64,000 nt of DNA from Eledone cirrhosa (lineage: Eukaryota), in NCBI GenBank assembly GCA_964016885.1, contig OZ024743.1:284952001-285016000 (forward strand). Reading direction: 5' to 3'. This document shows positions 35,421 through 47,087 of the stretch, in pieces. The notes beneath the pieces were generated by a model. It saw only the letters and a program-made list of their open reading frames with translations. It searched no databases and was not told the DNA's origin. The position numbers and the translations under genes are program-made. Position 1 is the stretch's first letter, and the number at the start of each line of letters is the position of its first letter.

Positions 35421-38396
35421 ATGCTTGAACGTAAGGAGGTCGATGTTTGTTGTATTCAAGAGACCAGGTGGAGGGGTGGGTCTGCTAGATTCATTGAGGG
35501 TAAAAAACGATGTTATAAGCTTTTCTGGGTGGGAAACGACGATGGGCTGGGTGGAGTAGGAATCATGGTAGCGGAAAAGTGGGCAGATAAGATAATAGAC
35601 GTAAATAGAGTGAACGACAGAATAATTAAAATACGACTTGTCCTCAATAGAACTACGGTGACAGTAATATCTGCGTACGCACCCCAATCCGGACTGCCCG
35701 GCACTATAAAAGACAGATTCTATGAGACACTGATGCTAACTACCTCCCAAATATCCGACAGTGACTATATAATTATTGCAGGCGACCTAAATGGTCACGT
35801 TGGACAACATTGTGACGGCTACGACGAAATCCATGGAGGCTATGGGTTTGGTACTAGAAATGAGGAAGGCTCCAGAATCCTGGAATTCTGTGATGCAAAT
35901 AACCTAACTATCTGTAACACTAACTTCAAAAAACGTGACAATCACCTGATCACCTATAGATCCGGGGAACACACAAGCCAGGTAGATTATATCCTTACCA
36001 GAAGACGTGACAGAGTGTCTGTTGTAAACACTAAATCCCTCCCCCATGAAGAATGCACCTCCCAACATAGACTGATAATTAGCGACCTCATAGTCAGGAC
36101 GAGACGTACTCGACAGCAGAAGAGGACTATCCTCAGGAGAAAAATATGGAAGCTAAAGGACCCCACAGCCAGGAATAAATTTCAAAGCATATTACTTGAT
36201 GCTTTCGACAGTAAGGAAGAACATTTAGAGTCGGAAAATATAGAGGGAGAGTGGGAATTTCTGAAAGCAAACCTGCTGTTGGCGACAGACGAAGTCTGTG
36301 GCTGGAGCAGGCCTGTAGGCAGGAGGAGAGTAACATGGTGGTGGAACAGTAAGGTGGAGGGGTCAATTAAGGCCAAAAAGCAGGCTTGGAAAGTATGGCG
36401 GGATGGGGGAAGTAGAGAAGACTATCAAGTGGCCAGGAGGGAAGCTAGGAGACAAGTGTACTTAGCAAGAAGGGAAGCTGAGGAAAGAAAGTTCAAGCAT
36501 GTTCTACAACGCGATGACCAAAAACGTGAGGTGTTCAGGATTGCTAGGCAATGCGTCAAGGAAAACCGTGATATTGTCGGGGAGAAGTGTGTACTAAACG
36601 ACGATGGCACACTTGCCATCACCGACGCTGATAAGAAGGTAGCTTGGAAGTGTCACTACGAAAGGCTACTAAATGAGGAGAATAAATGGGAGAAAGACAG
36701 TCTCCCCCATATCGACCCAATAGAGGGACCAGCAGTGTTAGTCGAGGGGAGTATAATAAGTAAGGCAATCAAGGATATGAAGACGGGTAAGGCGGCTGGG
36801 CCTTCGGAAATAGTTGCTGAGATGCTGAAGGCATCTGGCACGGTGGGACACACCATGGTCACCCGCATAGTTAACCAAGTCGTACAGAATGGGGTTGTTC
36901 CGAAGGACTGGCATAGCAGCATCATAGTTAACTGTTATAAGGGTAAAGGAGACGCCCTAGATAGGAGTAACTATAGAGGCATTAAATTAATCGACCAGGT
37001 CATGAAGGTCACGGAAAAAGTAATAGCGCAACTAATCAGAGAGAGAATCGACCTAGATGAAATGCAGTTCGGGTTTGTGTCAGGCAAAAGTACCACAGAC
37101 GCTCTTTTCATAGTACGACAACTACAGGAGAAGTACCTAGCTAAAGGTAAAACCCTCTACTTAGCTTTTGTCGACTTGGAGAAAGCCTTCGACAGAGTCC
37201 CCCGATCCATTATCTGGTGGGCTCTTAGGAAACTAGGCGTTGACGAATGGCTTGTGAGGGCTATACAAGCCATGTATAAAGAAACAGTCAGCAAGGTTAG
37301 AATTAACAACGAATATAGTGAAGAGTTTAGCGTAAAAGTTGGCGTCCATCAGGGCTCTGTTCTCAGCCCCCTACTATTTATTATTGCCCTTCAGGCTATA
37401 ACAGAGGAGTTCAAGACAGGCTGCCCATGGGAACTCCTATACGCAGACGACCTGACACTCATAGCGGAATCAATGGCCGAGCTAGAGAAGAAATTCCAAA
37501 CATGGAAGCACGGCCTAGAGTCAAAAGGACTTAAAATTAACCTGGCTAAGACCAAAGTTCTAGTTTGTAGGAAAGAAAACAAGGCGGCGGTCCCTTCTGG
37601 GAAATGGTCGTGCTCGGTGTGTAGGAAAGGCGTAGGTAGAAACTCCATTTTATGTCCTAAATGCAAAGTATGGGTGCATAAAAGATGTAGTGGGATCACA
37701 GGTAAGCTAACTAAGAACATAGATTTTACATGTGGCCGGTGTTCTGGTGCAATAAGTAGCAGCAAGTGCCCACAAAATACTAGCTCTTTCAATTGTGCAG
37801 AGGGTTCTATAGAAATAGTGGACAGCTTCCGTTACCTGGGCGATAAAATCAGCAGTGGGGGAGGGTGCTCTGAAAGTACTGTAGCTAGAGTCAGAACTGG
37901 TTGGAAAAAGTTCAGAGAGCTTATACCACTATTAGCTGCTAAAGGGTTCTCCCTAAAAATGAAAGGCAGGTTGTACGATGCCTGCATACGAACAGCAATG
38001 CTGCATGGCAGTGAGACCTGGGCATTGTGTGCAGAGGATATACGCAGACTAGAGAGGAACGAAGCTTGCATGCTCCGCTGGATGTGTAACAGTAATATAC
38101 GTGAACGGCAAAGCATAAACGAACTAAGGAAAAAATTAGAGATAAGAGGGATCAGATGTTGTTTACTCGAGAGAAGACTACGTTGGTATGGACACGTGAT
38201 GCGCATGAAAGTCGATAGCTGTATAACAAAGTGCAGGGCAATAAAGATAGACGGTAGTCACGGAATAGGCAGACCTAGAAAAACCTGGGACGAGCTGATA
38301 AACTCCGACATCACACACTTACATCTCTCCAAGACAATGTCACTGGACCGAGACCTTTGGCGGCACTCAGTAACAGAGAAGACCCGCCTTACCTAA
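35421..38396 (+). CDS. RTE ORF (991 aa from first ATG; frame open from 35307): APE + RT + inserted PHD-like finger
   Basis: Same motifs as RTE-A (IQETRW, GDLNGH, SQHRL, QFGF, YADD, FRYLG); the in-frame upstream codons FRVGTINVGTLKGRANEVVE lack an ATG. Confidence 0.95.
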   Translation: MLERKEVDVCCIQETRWRGGSARFIEGKKRCYKLFWVGNDDGLGGVGIMVAEKWADKIIDVNRVNDRIIKIRLVLNRTTVTVISAYAPQSGLPGTIKDRFYETLMLTTSQISDSDYIIIAGDLNGHVGQHCDGYDEIHGGYGFGTRNEEGSRILEFCDANNLTICNTNFKKRDNHLITYRSGEHTSQVDYILTRRRDRVSVVNTKSLPHEECTSQHRLIISDLIVRTRRTRQQKRTILRRKIWKLKDPTARNKFQSILLDAFDSKEEHLESENIEGEWEFLKANLLLATDEVCGWSRPVGRRRVTWWWNSKVEGSIKAKKQAWKVWRDGGSREDYQVARREARRQVYLARREAEERKFKHVLQRDDQKREVFRIARQCVKENRDIVGEKCVLNDDGTLAITDADKKVAWKCHYERLLNEENKWEKDSLPHIDPIEGPAVLVEGSIISKAIKDMKTGKAAGPSEIVAEMLKASGTVGHTMVTRIVNQVVQNGVVPKDWHSSIIVNCYKGKGDALDRSNYRGIKLIDQVMKVTEKVIAQLIRERIDLDEMQFGFVSGKSTTDALFIVRQLQEKYLAKGKTLYLAFVDLEKAFDRVPRSIIWWALRKLGVDEWLVRAIQAMYKETVSKVRINNEYSEEFSVKVGVHQGSVLSPLLFIIALQAITEEFKTGCPWELLYADDLTLIAESMAELEKKFQTWKHGLESKGLKINLAKTKVLVCRKENKAAVPSGKWSCSVCRKGVGRNSILCPKCKVWVHKRCSGITGKLTKNIDFTCGRCSGAISSSKCPQNTSSFNCAEGSIEIVDSFRYLGDKISSGGGCSESTVARVRTGWKKFRELIPLLAAKGFSLKMKGRLYDACIRTAMLHGSETWALCAEDIRRLERNEACMLRWMCNSNIRERQSINELRKKLEIRGIRCCLLERRLRWYGHVMRMKVDSCITKCRAIKIDGSHGIGRPRKTWDELINSDITHLHLSKTMSLDRDLWRHSVTEKTRLT

Positions 38397-38804
38397 ATAT
38401 ATAGTATAACCTACTCCAACCAGTAGGCATCTCTAACAAAATACACCCCGTCCCACCACCACCACCCCCACCCCATCCACACCACCCCATTCTATGTAAA
38501 GTTATGTTGGTGCCGCGCCATAGGCCGAAACAAATGAGATCGTGTAGATGTCACGACAAAAAAACACACAGTCCACGCTGTAATGTGGCCGTGTAGGCAA
38601 CACGGTAAAAACCTCCCAGACCCACACTGTAAATGTGGTTGGTGTTAGGAAGGGCATCCAACTGTAGAAAACCTGCCAGACAGTCCTATGCGAGCAAGAC
38701 AATCACTCTTGCCTCAAGTGGGACTACTCCCGTCCAAACCCATGCAAGCGTGGAACACGGACGTTAAACGTTGATGATGATGATGATGATGATGATAATA
38801 TATA

Positions 38805-39146
38805 TCATCATCATCATCATCATTTTACGTCCGCTTTTCCCTGCTTGCAAGGGTGGGACGGGCCTGATTCTGGCTTGATTTCTACAGCTGGATGCCCTTC
38901 CTAACACCAACCTCATTTACAGTGAGTGCTGGGTGCTTTTTTTCCGTGGTGCCTACACATCCACTTTACAGTGTGGGCTGGGTGCTTTTTTGCTGTGGCA
39001 CCTCCACGACCACTTTGCCGTGGAATGATAGGGACCCCAGTCCCTATCATCTTATTTCTACAGCTGACTAAACTGGAGCAATGTGAAATAAAGTGTCTTG
39101 CTCAAGGAAACAACACATCACCCGGTCTGAGAATTGAACTCACAAC

Positions 39147-39148
<2 letters not shown>
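38805..39148 (-). mobile_element. SINE family A, long variant, 5'-truncated, tail-to-tail with RTE-B
   Basis: Matches 14957-15259 plus an extra ccgtggtgcctacacatccactttacagtgtgggctggg segment also present in the RTE-A 3' UTR. Confidence 0.9.
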
Positions 39149-39198
<50 letters not shown>

Positions 39199-40185
39199 TA
39201 TTCCACCTGGCTGTAGTGGGGCTGATAACATTGTTAGAACTCAATGTGTCCTTGGAAAGATAGTTGCAGCAAGATTAGGTGATGAGACCAGTAGTTTTTG
39301 TAGTAGGTGACCACCACTTCATGTTTCCTCAAAGACGATCCACCCAGGTTACAGAGTCATTTATATATTTTCGCATATAGAACAATGAAAACAAGACAGA
39401 AGTCAGAGGCAGGTAGTTAATTAGTTCATTGTTCTGTGCTCGTTTCAGGGAGTCTATTGATCATGGAAGATCGATGTATCAACTAGTATGGTAGTGGTTA
39501 GGCTACTACCTATTTCTAGTCTCGAAATTCCTGTTCAATCAAAACACTGTTTCTGAAGAAGACAGTCGATAATTAACTACCTACCTCTAACTCCTGTCTT
39601 CTTTTCATTGTTCTATACACAAACACATATATATATATATATGTATATGCGTGTGTGTGTAGGTGTACGTGGGGGGGGGGGGTATAATTGACTTAACTTA
39701 CTAGTAAATGTTATAATGATTTGTTGAACTAGTGGCTGAATGCTATAGTAATATCTAAACTGGCTATTGAATGTTACAACAAGGATCTGAATTGGTTATT
39801 AAATGTTTTATTGTTATTGTTTAGCTAAGATCAACTCAGTTAGAAGAGACCTGTGATCAAAGATATTCCAATCATAAACAGCCTGCTCTATTTCCTCCCA
39901 CCTTTCTCTACCTGTCAGTACATATCTGGAACAACACCATCCATTGTTTCTATCCATATTTTTTAAAGAAAATACGGTATGATTTGAGGTTAAGTTACTA
40001 TGTAGAAGCCCTTCATCAGCTCATTAAATATCTTGTTATTCATAGTGGCAACATTAACAGGATGACTTCTTTGGCAAACAGAGACTAGCCGCATAAAAGC
40101 AACTTTAGAAATTTAACAGATTTACCTTTGCTAAACATTTAGCTGCAGTACTCTTTAATATGCCCATTTATTACTTTATTTATAG

Positions 40186-40363
40186 GGGGATTGGCAGTAT
40201 CGGTAGAGAGTCGGACGCCATGCTTTGACGCATAGTTACGGCCCTTGCCATTCTGAGTTCAAATCCCGCCGAGGTTAACTTTGCCTTTCATCCTTACGGG
40301 GTCGATAAAATAAAGTACCAGTAATGCACTGGGTAATTACTGGCCTTGTGCCAAAAGTAGAAA
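40186..40363 (+). mobile_element. SINE family M with 21-bp TSD
   Basis: catttattactttatttatag at 40165-40185 and 40364-40384. Confidence 0.93.
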
Positions 40364-40814
40364 CATTTATTACTTTATTTATAGATATTCTATATTTCAT
40401 GAACTATCAGTTTTATATCCTTTTTGTTGATCTGCTTTGGATGAATAAAACTGCCAATATTTCTAAAGCTAGGAATTTCACCAAAACATATTTTCCTTGC
40501 AAGATAGGAAAGTCAGGATCAATATGTAAGAGTGATATTATATTTAATTTGAAGTTAACAGGCAAATGTGTAGGTTTTAATGAAATATTTTGAACATTAT
40601 GCATATATACATACAGTGACGCACATCCCATACAGATCAAAGAGTGTAAACCAGTGTTGTGTTATGACATTTTAAAAGTAAAACTGTATAATACAAACAT
40701 TATCACACTTTTCATTTATTTGGCATCCAACTATGAATGATACTTTCCACTTCTTGCAAGAAAGAAAAAAAACTGCAAATGACTATATATTTATGTGTAC
40801 ATAAGTAATAAAAG

Positions 40815-41080
40815 TCTGTCTCAAGCCTGAAGGCTCATCAGGCCAGTGCTTATTCCAGTTTCTGTGGCGTGAAATACAAGACTTTCCCTTGAGCAGGATG
40901 CCAGTCCATTGCAGGGTTAAACCCCCAGCTATTACTGGTACTCATTTTCAGCTGAGTATATTGAAGAAATGTGAAATGAAGTGTTTTCATTAAGAACACA
41001 ACACACAACCCAATCCAGGAATCGAATCCATGACATTATGATCATAAGTCCAACACCCTTACCACTAGACCATGCAACTC
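40815..41080 (-). mobile_element. Old SINE (family A-like head, alternative tail)
   Basis: Minus-strand A box tggtctagtgg and B box gattcgattcc; homologous to 7400-7630. Confidence 0.7.
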
Positions 41081-41243
41081 CATGCATAAGTAATAAGCTC
41101 ACAGGTAATTATATCTGGCTATGATTACATTTCCAGTTGTAATTGTTTCAATTCACTTTTGTTGCTAATGACATAAGGGGACATACATGTTAGAACTCCT
41201 GTTTCCCTGAAGTAAGGAAGTCTATTCTATAATATATATATAA

Positions 41244-41435
41244 GGGCGGTGGATTGGTAGTATTGGTAGAAGGTCTGGCGACATGCTTTGCCGCATAGAG
41301 TTACGGCCCTTTAAGTTCACAGTTCAATCCCACCGGAGTTAACTTTGCCTTTCAATCTTACGCTGTTGATAAAATAAAGTACCAGTAATACACTGGGATA
41401 ATTGCTGGCATTGTGCCAAAAGTAGAAACAATTAT
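41244..41435 (+). mobile_element. SINE family M (diverged), TA-rich TSD
   Basis: Matches 23858-24041; tataatatatatataa on both sides. Confidence 0.85.
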
Positions 41436-41438
41436 TAT

Positions 41439-41470
<32 letters not shown>

Positions 41471-41561
41471 GAAAGGTATATATTGTGTTAGAAACTCAAA
41501 ATAGTCTCTTACAATTAAATAGCTCAAAGAAAGAAGTTTTTCTGAGCTGTGTAATATAATA

Positions 41562-41610
<49 letters not shown>

Positions 41611-41717
41611 AAAAGTAAACAGAAATAACAAAGCAAATAATACAGTACAAAGAAGAAATATATTAGTTTAACATTTGATATAGTAGGAAAAGTGTATTTT
41701 TGGACACTAATCCTTCA

Positions 41718-41748
<31 letters not shown>

Positions 41749-42519
41749 ATATATATATATATATATACATATATATATGATAGGAAGGGCATCCAGCCGT
41801 AGAAAACCTGCCAGATACAGTCCTCTACAAGTAAGACACGGTCACCCAACCAATCTTGCCTCAAGTGGGACAATTCCCGTCTAACCCATGGTAGCATGGA
41901 AGATAGACATTAAACAATGATAATGATGATATATATATATATCTTAAATAGTAATCCAGAATGACCAATGGGTAAATCATAATAATCTAAAATAAGGAAA
42001 ACTTCACAAGCATCTTACCCTAGGGGTAGAGTTTAGTTAAGCAATCTAAAGCTTGAGGGCTCAACAAATATTCCCCTTACAGCAGTTTCGTGAGCAAAAG
42101 ATCAGAATTGATCATCTCAGTATATTAAGGCAGTCCATTCTGCCGGAACGGCTCAATCGTCTGATCAAGAACTGATACAGGGTAGGGAGGACCTTTCCAT
42201 CCAGTAAGACAACTCTCTAGTGCTGGTAGCACAAATAATCTACCCAGTCTATGCTGTAAAGTGGTTGGTGATAAGAAGGGCATCCAGCCAGTAAAACCAT
42301 GCCGCACAACACATAAATCTCTCACTAATTGTGTATACAGGACTAACACTAGTCATGTCAGTGCTGTATACAGAAATGAAGGTGGGGAGGGGCTATCTTA
42401 GCATGTACAAGAACCCCTCGACCATCATCAAGCAATCACACACCCTTATTTCCTTCCAGGAATAAAGAACTACAAAAGGTAACTCATCTCAGAGCTGCTA
42501 CACTTAATTTGAGCACAGC

Positions 42520-43138
42520 ACAGCACATTGAAAGGTAGATCAGGTGAAATTGTGTAGTTGCTTGAGAGGTGATGAGTCGATGTATGCTGTGTTCGGGAGA
42601 TGAGATGGAGAGTTGCCTCTGCATGACTTCTCACAGGCAAGCAACATAGATACAAGCACTTCTGGGTAGGTGATGATGATGGGGTAGGTGGAGTTGGCAT
42701 TCTACTAACTAAGAAGTGGGTAGATTAGGTAATCAAATTAGTTAGAGTAAGCGACAGAATTATCAAACTTAGAATATTCATAGGAAGTAGATTGACAACA
42801 GCTATCTCTAGCTACACACCACAGACAGGATTATGTAAAGAACAAAAGGACTGCTTTTATGAGCAAATTTTACAGACAACCTCAGTTACTGATGACAGAG
42901 ACCTCACCATCCTAGAAGGCAACTTCAATGAACATGTTGGACATCACAAGGATGGCTACACTGGTGTACACAGTAGCTAAGGATGGAAGTGGTGAGAGCT
43001 GATCTCAAATTGCTGAACCTCACAGAGAAGATGACAAAGTAACATGACAAGTGGAGAGATGCTGTCCTGAGAAGAACCTGTCCAAACCATGCAAGCACAG
43101 AACAATGGACATAAAATGAAGATGATTCTGATGATGAT
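42520..43138 (+). pseudogene. Internally deleted RTE: endonuclease N-terminus fused to the extreme 3' end
   Basis: LKGRSGEIV..FWVGDDDGVGGVGILL..GNFNEHVGHHKDGY to about 42980, then EVVRADLKLLNLT..WRDAVL, terminal hairpin and tga tail. Confidence 0.8.
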
Positions 43139-44154
43139 ATATATTATTAAAAAGGTTTAACCCTTTAGCATTTAAACCAGCCAGAATTCCCTCACTTCTT
43201 TCTGTTCAAACTGGCCGTAACCAGCTGTTCATACAGATTTTCTTTGATTGTACATTCAAACAAAGACACACATGTCTTATAGATACTTAAAAGTATATAT
43301 TTCTATCTTATAGATACTTAAAAGTATATATTTCTATTCAAATAAACTTTGGTAAAAGAGTTCTTTGTTAAACATTCGAAACACACATATAGTTAGTTCT
43401 GATATGGCACTGACTTGGTATTTACTTTAAAACTATAGAGATGAATTGTTGGTTTCAACAATGAACATTCCAGTTGTTTGATCAGTGGAACAGCCTGCTC
43501 CTGAAATTAATGTGAAAGTGGCTAACCATTCCACAGCCATGTATACTCTTAATGTAATTCTCAGGAAGATTCAACATTACATAGTGTGTCAAGGCTAGAC
43601 CTTTGAATTACATACAAGTGGTTTCTGTCAACCCAATCTCTCTCACAAGGTATCATATAACTCAAGGCTATAAAAATGACACTTGCCCAAGATGTCATGC
43701 ATTGGGATCGAACCCAGGACCTAATGGTTATAAAATGAACTTCTTAACCATTTGATCATGTGGCATCCATTCCATGTATTGATGTTGTTCAATGCCAAAT
43801 TTAGTGCTAAACCTTTTAGAATTTTTCTAGATGTATATAACTGAAACTCTCTTTTCCAGTCTAGGGAGTAAGTAAGTGTATTAGGCTTTTAGCTACACTT
43901 GATGAGTGAGTCAGTCAAGAAAAACAATCAGGTAAAAGCATGTTGGATCATTTCCAGTTTGCTGATGGACTTAACATAAGAGTGGGGAATATGACTGGCA
44001 TTAGTAACCCAGCCAGCTGGTTGAGTCTGGGTGTTATATAAACATAAAACACACATATGTACACTTATGCACATAGATGTATATTATCTGGCCATGCCAG
44101 GTAAAGTGAGAAAACTAAAATCAGTACAGGAAATGCATGTATATACATGCATAA

Positions 44155-44187
<33 letters not shown>

Positions 44188-44453
44188 AATATAGATATAG
44201 ATATATATATACATGTATATATATGTATGTTATATATATGTATAATTAAGGATGGTATCCCAAGGGAGATCTGTAAATAATCACAGTTAAATAAGGTACT
44301 CCATATCTTGGTCGAGAATAAACATTCATTTTATAGAGAAATGACTGCTACAGGACTAGAACTGTTACATCAGGAATGTTCTAATGATTTCATATGGATA
44401 AAACAGTTCTAGTCCTGTAGAAGTCAATTCTATATAAATTGAATATATATATT

Positions 44454-44522
<69 letters not shown>

Positions 44523-44696
44523 TAAATCATGTCCTTAGAATCATTAGATAAAATATATACCATTTCCTCTCCCAATTAGCATAATTAACCATATAAAAAA
44601 TCAATTAGACCAAGCTATATTAATTCTTCATTGAGCCACAACATAACCGGTTGCAAAACATATATATCTATGACTTTATGTATATGTAAATCTTTA

Positions 44697-44740
<44 letters not shown>

Positions 44741-44792
44741 TTAGTTCCACAACAATTATATAACCATTTTCTAGGAGGTGATGCATTTCAAC

Positions 44793-44831
44793 TTGAGTTG
44801 AAAATACGCAAGGTGAAACATGTGTCCTCAA
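44793..44831 (+). ncRNA. Minimal type I hammerhead-like motif, U3-A8 variant
   Basis: uugag-UUGAAAA-uacgcaaggu-GAAAC-augu-GUC-cucaa; homologous to 18751-18789 with compensated stem I. Confidence 0.55.
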
Positions 44832-45527
44832 AATTGGTTTGCTAATCTTTGTAGAACAAACTTCTACTGAACTCGTCCCATGGACTGAGTGCTCTACTTA
44901 CTACAGATATAACCTCCCAGTGTTCTACCACTATATATATCTATCTGTCTATATATATATATATTTATATATATAAAGAATGAATAATAACAGGTAGACA
45001 TCATAAAAAGGTAATTTATTCTGTGTGCTTTCCACTGTGTGCTTTCCACTGTGTGCTTTCCACGGTGGTTATACAGCCTAGTTATGCTATGTGCAAATTT
45101 ATAACTATTTGCGAAACTCAATTATCAAATGCTGTCACCACTGTATCATCAGAGCAGAATGGTTAAAATGTAAAATGTAAATACCCTTAAGTGAGGTTAT
45201 TGGGGAAGATAGAGTAGAAAAAGGAAGAGAGAAAGAAGGGAAGAGGGAGAGAGAGAGATATGCAGGGGTTGGAGAAATGGGAGAGAGTGGTTTGTAGAAA
45301 TCACTGTGGAAACATTTGTAAGCACACAGAATAAATTACCTTTATGATGTCTACCTGTTATTATTCATTCTTTATCTACACTCCGGAATTCAGAAGGATC
45401 AGGAACTGAGTTTCTTCAACTATTCTTCCATAACTCGTTGAGTAACCCCTCACCATACGTCAACTCTATCCAGTGTAGTAATTAACCATTACTGCATCCA
45501 GGATAATCCTATACCTAATATATATAT

Positions 45528-45873
45528 GGAGGCACATGGCTTAGTGGTTAGAGCATTGGCCTTGCAATCGAAAGGTTGTGAGTTCAATTCTCAGACCAGG
45601 TGATGTGTTGTTTCCTTGAGCAAGACACTTTATTTCACATTGCTCCAGTTTACTCAGCTGTAGAAATGAGATGATAGGAACTGGGGTCCTTATCATTCCA
45701 CTGCAAAAGTGGTCGTGGGGTGCCACGGAAAAAAAAGCTCCCAGCACTCACTGTAAATGAGGTTGGTGTTAGGAAGGGCATCCAGCTGTAGAAATCAAGC
45801 CAGAATCAGTTCCCGTCCCACCCTTGCAAGCAGGGAAAAGTGGACGTAAAATGATGATGATGATGATGATGAT
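45528..45873 (+). mobile_element. Full-length SINE family A
   Basis: ggaggcacatggcttagtggttagagc..gagttcaattc..gcagggaaaagtggacgtaaa(atg)n in (TA)n context. Confidence 0.93.
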
Positions 45874-46867
45874 ATATATAAAACATCCTCATCATCATCA
45901 TTGCAGTTTTGGTTTTATGTCCATTTCTCCATTCTAGTATGGGTTGGAAAGGCCTTTTCCAGTACAGCACCCCTCCATACATTGCAGTCCTTCATCAATT
46001 TGACTGCGATTCAATGATTCACAGTTGAGTTGATAAAAGATTATGAGGAGTGGAGAGATGCAGTGCTGGAGAAGGCCCATTCAACCCATGATGATGATGA
46101 AACAGTAGTTATGACCCCTTCCATGATCATATTTCTATATTTCTATGGAAATATACTGAATTATAATTAATTAATGCAGAATTTGGAAGGATTTGTTAAA
46201 AATATTAATTATTTCAATATCAAAATGGTATTTGTAACATAACAATATTAAATTATGTTGAAAGATTTCTGTCAAACTTGTTCCATTATGTAAATTTAAT
46301 TGTACCATTATATAAGTTTGATTGTACTTCCAACATTCTTATTTCTATTTTATATATGTAGCTCTATGCTTCTTAACTTAAACAGCTTGGAAGACAGAGG
46401 TTAGCAATTCCTAGTGAGTCTTTAATAAAAGACAAATGTAGTTGGTTTGATTATTGATGCTTAACCATGGGATATACTGTCACAATGACACTAAATACAT
46501 GTTTCTTAACCCATTCTAATACCAAACCCCTACATGAAACTGCCCTTGGTTCTATGATACAAAGCTGTATAGTTTAATTCTTTTAATATTATATTTCTAA
46601 TGAAATACTCTGTATTTGAATTACTTAGTGAAGTATTTGGAATGGTATACTAAAATTATTTTTTATTTAATTATTAAGAATGTATATCAAATATATTAGA
46701 TTAAATAGAAGTACATACATATATAATCAATTAATTATTGCTAAGAACCTTACCAATATAATACACAAAAATATATAATCAAAGCAAGAAAAAAAGGAAA
46801 AAACCATCAATTCAACACTAAATGTGTCAATTGGTTACATACCACAAGGGTCATCAAAAATGTGTAA

Positions 46868-47087
46868 CCCATTAACATTTACATTACTCTATATTTACTA
46901 TTGTATTTTCACTGTAAAGGTTTACCTCACATAATTATCTCACATAATATCGAATCTATGAGATTTTGTTATTATTCATTTTGAGAACAATATCTTAAAG
47001 TCTGTATGCACGGCTGATTACAGCTGGTTTGAACAGAAAGAGGTGAGAGAATTCTAGCCAGATACAGCCAGTTTAAATGCTAAAGGG
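46868..47087. mobile_element. piggyBac-type MITE (copy of 6326-6546, opposite orientation), among remnants of a second TTAA MITE family (46506-47492)
   Basis: cccattaacattta ... taaatgctaaaggg|ttta; flanking ttaacccattc.. and ..gaatgggttaa ends. Confidence 0.7.

Larger units (their letters stand above)
34724..38795 (+). mobile_element. Near full-length RTE family B element
   Basis: Starts after (TA)n at about 34688-34723 (5' boundary inferred); promoter-like 5' UTR, APE-RT ORF, about 375-nt 3' UTR, terminal hairpin, (GAT)n tail. Confidence 0.93.

Noticed and set aside
45528-45600. tRNA gene
   Set aside because: A/B boxes belong to a SINE head continuing into a SINE body and tail; no proper acceptor stem.
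46540-46570. tggttctatgat (WFYD) as the next Dcp1 exon
   Set aside because: Lies within a TTAA-MITE remnant; flanking residues and splice sites do not fit.
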